From the NCBI RefSeq assembly GCF_964355755.1, contig NC_092678.1:14906371-14970370 (forward strand): a stretch of 64,000 nucleotides of DNA, written 5' to 3'. The DNA is from Antedon mediterranea (taxonomy: Eukaryota > Animalia > Echinodermata). The stretch's first letter is position 1. The number at the start of each line of letters is the position of its first letter. The notes below the pieces were generated by a model that did not search any database, was not told the origin of the DNA, and was given only the letters and a program-made list of their open reading frames with translations. Positions 51,081 to 62,211 of the stretch are shown here, in pieces. A program made the position numbers and the translations under genes.

Positions 51081-51279
51081 CGGTTACCGATTTTCACAAA
51101 AAAATTGGCGGCAATCTTTTTTAACGTCAAATTTTGAACCTTTGCGGTAGTCCGATTTTGGTAAACTTTTGATATATGTTTTTTGAGACCATTTTTTATT
51201 GTAATTCATCAAAAAACATTGTCTTGCAATATTTTTGGGGTTAGGCCCTATATTTTCATATTTTGACCCGACTATAGAA

Positions 51280-51422
51280 TCGTACCGCACTTGTGTAATC
51301 ACTTCTTGTTGCTATACACTTGGGTGCACACGGAACAAGAAAATTTAACTGATGAATTATTCATGTTTATTTTGTGATGTTTCATAAGGGGTCCCCAACT
51401 TATGTACGAAAAAAAAAATCGC
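51280..51422. mobile_element. Solo TIR of the MULE-like family at 42668-43579
   Basis: gtgtaatcacttcttgttgctatac...gggtccccaacttatgtacgaaaaaaaaaatcgc matches that TIR. Confidence 0.75.
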
Positions 51423-51490
51423 GGCCGGGCTTGAACCGGCAACCTCTTGGTTGCAAGTCCAATGCTCTAACCACTGCGCCACAGTGCTCC
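51423..51490 (-). ncRNA. tRNA-derived sequence (SINE head or tRNA pseudogene)
   Basis: Reverse complement gcactgtggcgcagtggttagagcattggacttgcaaccaagaggttgccggttcaagcccggcc has A and B boxes. The 3' acceptor strand is replaced by the TIR. Confidence 0.55.
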
Positions 51491-51525
51491 ACTAAGTGCT
51501 GCCTTACGTTCGTCTTCATTATTAT

Positions 51526-51836
51526 ACAAATAATGAATGTTTATGAGTGCAATGGTACAAATAATGGCACGAGGTGAATGATGAAAGGTTATATCAACGA
51601 GGCAAAGCCGAGTTGATATAACCTTTCATCATTCACCAAGTGCCATTATTTGTACCATTACACGAATACAAAACATTCATTATTTGTTTTATATAACATC
51701 TAGACGTTTTTTTTTCGTACACAAACATGTTTCAAAAAGTACTATTTAACGATCGTTGAATAGTGCGTACTATTGCACGCCATGTGACCCACATTCGTCC
51801 AATCAAATGACAGGAATTTATATAGGTGTTATATAA
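51526..51836. mobile_element. Long palindrome element, Crypton-like non-autonomous
   Basis: About 160-bp hairpin at 51526-51687 centred on cgaggcaaagccgag, followed by a second inverted pair ttatataac / gttatataa. Confidence 0.55.
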
Positions 51837-51935
51837 TATATAATATTACATCTTCATATCACATAGCATAAGGTAATAGGGATAGAGATAATTTATTGAA
51901 TGAATTATCAATTTAACTATGTTTTATTTGGAATT

Positions 51936-54900
51936 CACAGCTGTTCCAGAAATATGAATAAAGTGCAGCGCCCCCAACGTTTCATAGCGTTTTATGGAGT
52001 AGCGATTCCGAAAACATATTGTATACAAACCACATGAGGAAACCCGGAAGCAATCAAGCATAAAACGACTGTTTTTTAATAGCCAATAAAAACAAATAAA
52101 GACCGCGAAAGTCAGAAAAATAATGAATATTCATTAGAACAACCCAGGATGAAGGTGAAAAACATGTTGTCGTCGTTTTATCACGTGGATTTTAAGAGGT
52201 AATGTAATTGAAAATTGTACACCCAACGCCAGTTTTTTTCTCAAGCGATACATTTAAAAAAGTAGGTAAAAATGTTGTTTTCCATATCAGTTTAAAAATA
52301 ATTTTTTCTGTTGAATTATTTGATTTAGTTGGATACTTTAGTTATCCTTGAATGTTTTAACAAGGATCGTATTCATATTGCCTGGCTGGATTTTTTCCTA
52401 TGCTAGCTTATAATAGGCTATGCCCAGGCTTCCTTGCGTGGTTAAAACCAGCTGTGTAAGACTAATGGCTGTTTATTTTTAACACGTAAACATGTATATT
52501 CGGAGGGCCTGAGTGACAGTTGACCTGTTATAAAGCTGATTAATTACTTGTTCCTGGTCCTAATTAAAAATTAGGCCTAGTCTAGGCCTAAGCTTTTTTA
52601 ATAATCATTCATATTGGGAGAGGAGTACAGAGTAGGCCAGGCTACAGGCCTAGCCTAGCTAGGCCTATATTATATAATAGGCTAGGCTACATCATCAGCA
52701 GGTTAAAGGCTAGCAGCCTACCTAGCATGTCTTAGTCAAAGATCTGTAATATATTAATAGAAAGAAGCTATAGAGTACTGTGACATTAGATATTTAATCA
52801 TAAATGCATATTTCTTTCATATTTGTATTGTATATTTATTATTTTGATATTCAATCACAATCTAAATCAGTGAATAACATCAATTTCAGTTTTCAATAAA
52901 TAATTATTAATATATAAACCAAATTAAAATAAAATAACTGTTTATTTTTAACACGTAAACATGTCTATTCGGGGGCCTGAGTGACAGTTGACCTGTTATA
53001 AAGCTGATTAATTACTTGTTCCTGGTCCTAATTAAAAATTAGGCCTAGCCTAGGCCTAAGCTTTTTTAATAATCATTCATATTGGGAGAGAGGAGTACAG
53101 AGTAGGCCAGGTTACAGGCCTAGCTAGGCCTATACTATATAGACTAGGCTACATCATCAGCAGGTTAAAGACTAGCAGCCTACCTAGCATGTCTTAGTCA
53201 AAGATCTGTAATATATTAATAGAAAGAAGCTATAGAGTACTGTGACATTAGATATTTAATTATAAATGCATATTTCTTTCATATTTGTATTGTATTATAT
53301 ATGCAATCACAATCTAAATCACTAAATAACATCAATTTCCGTTATCAATCAATAATATATATAAACCAAATTAAAATTAAATAGCTTCCAAAAAATTAAA
53401 TTCAATTACAATTCATATACCATTTGTTAAATATTTTCAAAATCATTGTTCTAGCAATAACACAAAAAAATACTACCATTCATACAGTATACTGTACATA
53501 ATAATATGCAATACTGTAACAATTAACTGAGAAATAGCAAACTATTCCTAAACTTTTCTCCACTTAGTTACCGGCCTAGTTACTTCATGCTGGATCTCAG
53601 GTGAAATAAACGTCAGATGTGACTTCATGATTTCCCACAAAACTTTTTCCATGGTACTGCTGTCGAGGAATTTATTTTTTCTAAATACCTCGTCCATTTT
53701 TGTACATAGAGGTCCAGTTTCAAATCTCTTGGTTCATAGTAGTTCGCTATATAAAATATATAAAAGAAATATGGCATTAATTTTTATAGTATTTGCATGT
53801 TTTAGACATAATTTTAAAGGTGTATAATGTAGGACTGACCAAGTCTTTGACCTCTTGTTCTTTTAGATTTATTCTGTGGCCAGTCTCTGCAATCTTACTA
53901 TGCTGTTTTGTCACAAGTGACACTGAGAGTTCATTTCTTAAATGCTCAAGATTCTCTTCTAAAGACTGGATTTTAATCATTGTACTTTGTAGCATGTCAA
54001 TGTGCTGCAGATTCTGATTTTCTCTTTCTGCTAGATGATCACCTGAGATTAAACAATATTGGTCAACCAAATAAATGTAAATCTGCATGAAAAATGAGCA
54101 TCAAAATTATTATATTTTAAAAATGTTAACAACTATTTCTTGTAGCAGATAATGATAATATATGGATAATTCATAGGAAAATAAGTTCCAGCCAAAGGTT
54201 TGCTTTATTATGCATAAAAATAGGATAAACAATTTTGAAATTCTATGCTCAAAGGGACAATGTATATTTAAAGAGCAACTTGACCAATTGAGTTATTATG
54301 TAATGTCAATGTAAAGTTGAAACAACATTTGAATTTACCAGTCAAGATGTCAGCATCCTGTCGCATGTTGAATATTATAACATATTGACACCTGGAAAAA
54401 TAGTTGATTGAGGGAATATTTAATAAAGAAAAGAGGTATACTTATAAATTACTGTAACAATTGTTTTTTTCGAAAGTTATTTTATACTAACATTGTTCTT
54501 TAATAAATAATATGAAGTACAAACACACATTTCATTGTTTGGAGTGTGTATTTACCTACCCTGTTTAATTCAATGTCTACCAGGTATGGTCTAACAACGC
54601 TGTGCGATATTGTTTTGCTTCTTTTTGTTCACTGCCATGGTCTACAAAAGACTTGTAGGCCTTGAGATATCTACAGGCTTGAGGAACATTGTTGGTTCTG
54701 ATGTCATCTTGATTACAAAAACAATAGATGCAACTGTACTTTCCTTTAAAAATAAATCAATTTTTAAATCTACAGTACTTCAGTTTTGTGTCCAAACAAA
54801 TCCAAACAAGAGAGCTAATAGCCAAAATATTAAACCTTTATTATGCTGTAAAAATGTATTAATATTAAGGCCTAGCCTAGGCTGTGACTGTCACTCAGTC

Positions 54901-55674
54901 CCACCAGCTAGCCTAAAAATGCACCAGGAAAGCAATAATTATTATTATAAACACATGCCATTAATTATTTGGTAACAGTTATAATGATTACATTTAAGAT
55001 TAGGGTAATTAAAGGTTTAACTATTACGAATTTTCTATGTTTCGGCCTAGCTTCATTCTAGGCCCACATTACTGTCACGGTCATCGCGGGCGTCAACGCA
55101 CTTTCTAAGCCTATCGCCAAACCGTTTTCTCGCCGATAACAATAACAATGTATAAAAGGGTTGCAAAATATGCGAGTTTTACTAAAAACTGAACCAGGCT
55201 ATATTAACAAAACTAGTATTATTTTGTTTATATAATAATGATGGACTATATTCTAGTTCGTTCTTTTTCTAAAAAAATGAATTATATCCACAAAAAAAAG
55301 TAAAGAATACAATGATATTTTCTACTTACGATTGTTTACTATTTCATTACACAGTTTATCTCAACTTCCTGGTTTATGTGCGGGAGAGTATTTCAGTAAA
55401 ATGGACAATATCGTCGTTTATTTATTAATTTATAGTAAAGAAACAATAAAATATTTATTTTTTAATTGAACATACACTTTTTTTAATCGTTTAGTTTTGT
55501 ATAAAATGTTTTTAATACATAAAAACTCACGATAGCGAAATTTAATTTGGCGTTCGCGAAATAATGGTTTGTAAACAAAAATTATATGTCCGCGCGACTC
55601 AGGGGAGCCTCGTCTGCTAACACTGAGGGCGCTTGACTTTTTCTGATATCTTAACACTAGTTGAAACAGCTGTG
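51936..55674 (-). mobile_element. Chapaev-like DNA transposon, internally deleted
   Basis: TIRs cacagctgttcca / tgaaacagctgtg. 4-bp TSD aatt at 51932-51935 and 55675-55678. Minus-strand transposase remnants: coiled coil at 53777-54045 and GPLCTKMDEVF...RQQYHGKSFVGNH at about 53620-53720. Internal ~468-bp tandem duplication at 52470-53385. Confidence 0.78.
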
Positions 55675-58507
55675 AATTTAGAATGACTGGAAGCAATGTT
55701 CACATTAATCTGTATGTATAAACTACACGATTATGATTTCTTTTGTCAGTAAAATTGCAAAATTAGGGAATCCACAGGCAATTGATATAATTCGGTCTAC
55801 GTTCAGAGCAAAAGCACCAGCAAAACCTTTTATTTTAATTTATTTGTGTATTATTTATCATTGCATAACTAAATTGATTTTCTGCAATAACCTGTATGTA
55901 TAAACTTTATGATTATAATTTCTTGAAAGGACGGAAACACCCCGCTACATGAATACATGCGTTCAAATGAACCTATCTTAGAAGTAGTAGACTATCTCAC
56001 GAAGCAAGGTGCATCCGTAACAGCACTAAATAAGGTAATATATGGCTACAGTTAACTTATATGATTACACCTATAACGTACGTGTGATCTGCAATGCAAC
56101 ATATCATCTTTTCCACTTTAATTTATATCATATTACAATTGATTGAGTTATTTAGAGTTACTTGCTGCAATAATTATTTAGTAGTAATTAAACAAGATCC
56201 TACAGTTCTTGTGAGATTAGTATATTGACTATGTGCTCTGTATAGACATGCCTTCATAAAAAAGCTGAATTTAGAATCTTGACAGAAAGCAATGTTCACG
56301 TTAACCTGTATGCATAAACTACAAGATTATGATTGTTGTTATAATTCTGTAAAATTACAATATAAGAGACAATTGATATAATTCGGTCTACGTTCATAGG
56401 ATATGCACAAGAAAAACCTTTTATTTCATTTTCTTTGTGTATTATTTATTGCTGCAATAATTTGTTAATAGAAATTAAACAAGGTTTTACAGTTATTGTG
56501 AAATTAGTATGTTTAGCAATGAAATTATAAATTTAACTATGTTTTATGTGAACGTGCCATTATAAAATAGTTGAATTTAGAATCATGACTGAAAGCAATG
56601 TTCACATTAACCTGTATGTATAAACATGATTTCTTTTGTCAGTGAAATTGCAAAATAAGGGAATGCACAGATAATATTGATATAATTCGGTCTACGTTCA
56701 CATCATATTCACCAGCAAAACCTTTTATTTCAATTTATTTGTGTATTATTTATCATTACCTAATTATAATTATTTGCTGCAATACACTGTATGTATAACC
56801 TTCGTGATAATAATTTTTTCTCTATAGGACGGAAACACCCCACTACATGAATACATGCGTTCAAATGAACCTAACTTAGAAGTAGTAGACTGTCTCACAA
56901 AGCAAGGTGCATCCGTAACAGCACTAAATAAGGTAATATAGGTCTAGAAATAATTTATATGATTTCTAACTAACTAAAGTACGTATGATCTGCGCCGCAA
57001 ACATATTTTATCCTCTTGATTTCATATCATATTAAAATTGATTGAGTTATTTAGAATTACTTGCTGCAATAATTATTTAGTAGTAATTAAACAAGATCCA
57101 AAAGTTATTGTGAGATTGGTATATTGAGCAATGGCATTATTATTTTTTTGTAAAGATTTATGTGGACATTTGTTCACATTAACCTGTATGTATAAGCCTA
57201 AACTACATGGTTATGATTTCGTTTTTCTTTTCCTTTCATTATCATTTCAAAATATGAGAATGCACAGACAATTGATATAATTCGGTTTACGTTCACAACA
57301 TATGCACCAACAAAACCTTTTATTTCAATTTTTTTGTTTATTATTATCATTACTTAACTATACATATTTGCTGCAATAACCTGTATGTATAAACTCCATG
57401 GTTATAATTTCTTTATAGGACGGAAACACCCCGCTGCATGAATAATTAGTCATTTGAATGATAGTTGTTTAGCGATTTGTTTCTTCAAAAACATATAATC
57501 AAATTGACTACGTCGCCCATGCGCCATGCATGTACACTATACTAGTATGAAAATGACTTTCATTAAATGTTACTTCCAACTTAATTGCAAATACTGTTAA
57601 AAACGAAATCATTTTAAATTATAAATACTTTAACTTTATTGCGTTAATTTTTAACTTTGAAGAGAAGTAGTTTATTATTGCCTGAGTTATTACCATATTT
57701 AGGGCGCAGTTATTTTGTATGGAAGGCTGCACTCTATTTTAAGTTTATCTGGAGATATGTAGCTTTTAAAACGTGTTTACTATGTATTAAATAGTATATA
57801 GTGTATGGTAATGATAGTTAATTATTATCGGGTTTATCACCTCTTTATTACGTTTTACTAAAGCAAGAAAGACGTATCATTATTTTGGTATTGTGAACGA
57901 TATAAACACGTCAGACGCGAAGCTGCAAATTAGAAGGTGGGGAAATGTCCTGTCACTGATCATTCAATATTACTGCGAAATTATGTTTCTTTTTTCTGTT
58001 TTTGACCCCATTTAAACATTTAACTTATTAGTGTGATGTTAATTCAGCAATGTCATCCAAATAATCAATAAGGACACGAATGAATTATGACTGGAAGAAC
58101 ACGCCGCGGAATGTTCAAACGTTTCTATTCCAGTACGAATACTACTTTCAATTACAACTATCGCATATTATTGCATCTTCCATAACACTCAACATCTCCT
58201 TAACACAATACTAATTTTCGAATAGATTCAAATAGTTATGGTATGTTATGATATTTTGTTTGCGTTCAATAATATTTTTATAATACAATGGCTTAGAATG
58301 TTGATAATTTTATCTTATTATAGGAACACCTATAAGTAAATTTACCAAGTCGATGTTTACCACTTCGAGTAAACATTTTGAAAACATTCGAAACACATAT
58401 ATATGTGTCTTAGCTATACTAAAAATAGCTTCCAAGTTGGCTACATATTCGGAATCACCCCGGAATCAGCAACTTTAACAAACTAACACATTTTACACGT
58501 ATGATTA

Positions 58508-61500
58508 TCTATATATAAATTTACGTAAGGGCAAAATTCGGTAAATCGCGCCTTACTTCTATAATTTTTACTCGATGGTATATAAAGTTGGTTCGTACAT
58601 TCGGTACTGATTTTAACCACCTGATGTAACCCTGTTTACTAATTAAATTAAGTTAGATAATAAGTTATTGACGGTTAAAACGAATTTAGGTTCCAAGATT
58701 TGCCCCAAATAGGGGTGTTTTCCGACCGTGGTATACACTGTATAATGGATGTCCATCTTGAAAAATACCCGCCACAAAAATGCGAGGAGGCTTCGCATTT
58801 TCCTATCTCCTCCTACGATAATTGTTTTTAATAGCTGAAAACCGGTTGAACAGCTAGAGTACACCATCATAATGTTGAAGACAGGCCGATTTTCTTTAAA
58901 AAATACTATTTTGATAGATTTAATATACGATTATACAAATCTATTGATTTGCGATGAATGGAACATCCCAATCTCTCAGTCTGCCAGAGCTTGGTTTAAC
59001 ACAAGTACTGTAGGTAAATTTATGAGCCCTTGGTTTAACACATACGGTAGGTAAATATATGGGCCCTTTGAGAATAAACTTGCGAGATTGTGGATAGGCT
59101 CTACTGTTAGATATATAAACACATTATTATATACAAATAAACTTTATACTGACAGTTCTTTCTCAACGTTTGTATCTATATATAAATTTACGTAAGGGCA
59201 AAATTTGGTAAATCGCGCCTTACTTCTAGAATTTTCACTCGATGGTATGTAAAGTTGGTTCGTACTTTCGGTACTGATTTTAACCGCCTGATGTAACCCT
59301 GTTTACTAATTAAATTGAGTTAGATAATTAGTTATTGACGATTAAAACGAATTTAGGTTCAAAGATTTGCCCAAAATAGGGGTGTTTTCCGATCGTGGTA
59401 TACACTGTCTAATGGATGTCCATCTTGAAAAATACCCGCCAAAAAAATGCGAGGAGGCTTCGCATTTTTCTATCTCCTCCTACGATAATTGCTTTTAATA
59501 GCTGAAAACCGGTTGAACAGCTAGAGTACACCATCATAATGTTGAAGACAGGCCGATTTTCTTTAAAAAATACTATTTTGGTAGATTTAATATACGATTA
59601 TACAAATGTATTGATTTGCGATGAATGGAACATCCCAATCTCTCAATCTGCCAGAGTTTGGTTTAACACAAGTACTGTAGGTAAATTTATGAGCCCTTGG
59701 TTTAACACATACGGTAGGTAAATATATGGGCCCTTTGAGAATAAACTTGCAATACTTTGACAATACTGTAAATACCTATTAACTATTTTTCATTTGAATC
59801 GAACATTTCTTACTGTGAATGTTCGTACTGTTAGATGTAATATAAAAATATATACAAATAAACTTTATTACTGAGACTGTGGATAGGCTCTACTGTTAGA
59901 TATAAAAATAAACTTTATACTGACAGTTCCTTCTCAACGTTTGTATTAATTAATAATTACCAAAAATATAAACGTCGTAGTGGTGTATCGTGACATGTAC
60001 TTTAATATTTCAATCGATTATGACAGTGACAGTTTTAACAAAGTATTAAATCGCAAATGTTTTAGGCCTACTGTATTTAGAGGTATATTATTTATAGGCC
60101 TATAAAACATGAACAAAATATTTCGTTACTCAGTGGATAAAGAATATATTTAAAAATTGTTCCTCTTTGTACCTATCCGCTTTCCCATCCCTCAACCCTA
60201 ATGTTACATAGCGAGGAGGCTTCGCATTTTCCTATCTCCTCCTACGATAATTGTTTTTAATAGCTGAAAACCGGTTGAACAGCTAGAGTACACCATCATA
60301 ATGTTGAAGACAGGCCGATTTTCTTTTAAAAATACTATTTTGATAGATTGCTAGAGTACACCATCATAATGTTGAAGACAGGCCGATTTTCTTTAAAAAA
60401 TACTATTTTGATAGATTTAATATACGATTATACAAATGTATTGATTTGCGATGAATGGAACATCCAGTTTGGTTTAACACAAGTACTGTAGGTAAATTTA
60501 TGAGCCCTTGGTTTAACACATACGGTAGGTAAATATATGGGCCCTTTGAGAATAAACTTGCAATAGGTTCGGAAAATGTTAAAAACCAATTTCTATTATT
60601 TGAATCGGTAAACAGTTTCCATTTATTATACATTGATAATGAAACATGAAATATTCCTATTTATGTCCCTCGAGGTTCATTACAATTTATATTTAGTAGT
60701 CCCACGGACTTCATCTTAGCCACTCCCCCGAGTGCTAAGGCCAAATTTATGATACCCTACTTTCTATGTAAGTTTAGTTACAGTTAGTTCTTGACGATAA
60801 TACAACGAATTTAGGTTACACCCTTCGGCCGCGAAAACGTTTCTGTACAAATATGATACCGATTGGCTTTATTTCATTCAACAGCGACCATAATCTCGCC
60901 AATTACAGGATAGATAAACTATTTTATTATTGATGTGCTTATAAATAAAGACTCATGTAAACAGCTTGATTACATCATTTTACAGACAAACGAAACTTTT
61001 TTAAACCAACTGTTTCAATAACTGAGTATAATACTGTATACGTTTTCATAAGTAAGTGCATATACATTTTCGTGTTTTCATTGACGAGATTGTAATAGTA
61101 ACTTCAGTAACTATTACAGTACTTATTTATTATACGACACAAGACAATTGTATCTGACAGGTACGTACATTATTCTAAAAAATAAGTATAGATAGATCCC
61201 TTAGGCGTCATAAATCACAGGCCAACAAATCAGTACTCATGACAGAAATTCGACCCAGTTTGGTTCACACAAATGTTTACAGGAAGTTCAACACCACAAC
61301 CGATGATTTGCCCTAAATATTTAGGTAGACTACAGTTTAATTTTTCACTGAATAGGAGCTTGAATTTCCGATTTCCATTTCGCAGAATGTCTAGGTCTAT
61401 TTATTTAGTTTGGTTCTTATAATATATAAATACAATCAACTTTATTACTGCGGTTCCATCACCACCACCACGTGCCGCCGCCCAATTCCCGTACATACAT

Positions 61501-61721
61501 TTCCATTTCTCCCTAATTTCTTTAATCCACATAAATTAATTGTCCTTTATTGAATCCAGTATTGGTTTTGTTGTCTCTATTTCTGAATACCCCAATTAGG
61601 GGGACACTTCCGTTTTTGTTTAGTGTCCCAAAAAAGTCCCCGTCCGTGGATTCTACTGTATTCGAGAACCATCTGTGAGCACCCCTAGATGGTACGCGAG
61701 CGAAGCGAGCGTGCCATCTAG
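58508..61721 (+). mobile_element. Non-autonomous Helitron (family B) with reiterated 5' modules
   Basis: A|TCTATATATAAATTTACGTAAGGGC at 58508, repeated at about 59176. Further partial repeats at 60210-60560. 3' hairpin ctagatggtacgcgagcgaagcgagcgtgccatCTAG|T. Confidence 0.85.
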
Positions 61722-62054
61722 TGATGAGAAAGTAGGCTTAAATTGTTTAGTACGCGAATGACCTAGATAGTTAATATACTTTTATGTTTATAGGAAGAAA
61801 AAACAGCAGTATCTGTTTTAGAAGAAAATACCCAGATAGCACAAACAGAAAAAATCAAGATTTTAGAGTATTTTGACAGTAAGTTAAACATGTTATATTA
61901 AACTAAATTAAGTTGATTTAACTTTAAAGCGAGAAGTTTCTCTGTGATAGAACATTTGAATTCCGAAAGCAACTGTTATTCATACAGTAAGATTCAAAAA
62001 CCGAAATTATACATGTATGTTATGCGTATTATTATTTTTAATTATAACTGCTAG

Positions 62055-62211
62055 TTCCTCCAGAAATATTTGCCATGGGTAAAGAGGTTATTAAGATATA
62101 TAAAGATGAACTAAAAGATGGTAAAATTGCAGTTGTGAATTCAAGATGTATGTTTCTTGGGATGGAAGGTGCTGGTAAGACAAGCTGCGTAAAGTCCATG
62201 CTTAGAGAGAG
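62055..62211 (+). CDS. ROC GTPase P-loop exon
   Basis: tag|TT...AG|gtaaaa, PPEI...GxxxxGKTS (GMEGAGKTS). Confidence 0.85.

Noticed and set aside
47446-55674. A single 8.2-kb element with 1.5-kb TIRs
   Set aside because: The outer flanks share no TSD, whereas 51936-55674 has its own second terminus and an AATT TSD. Two copies explain the pattern better.
51936-55674. RAG-like (ProtoRAG) transposon, suggested by the CACAG termini
   Set aside because: The TSD is 4 bp rather than 5 bp, no RAG1 core or RAG2-like sequence is recognisable, and the remnant motifs fit Chapaev.
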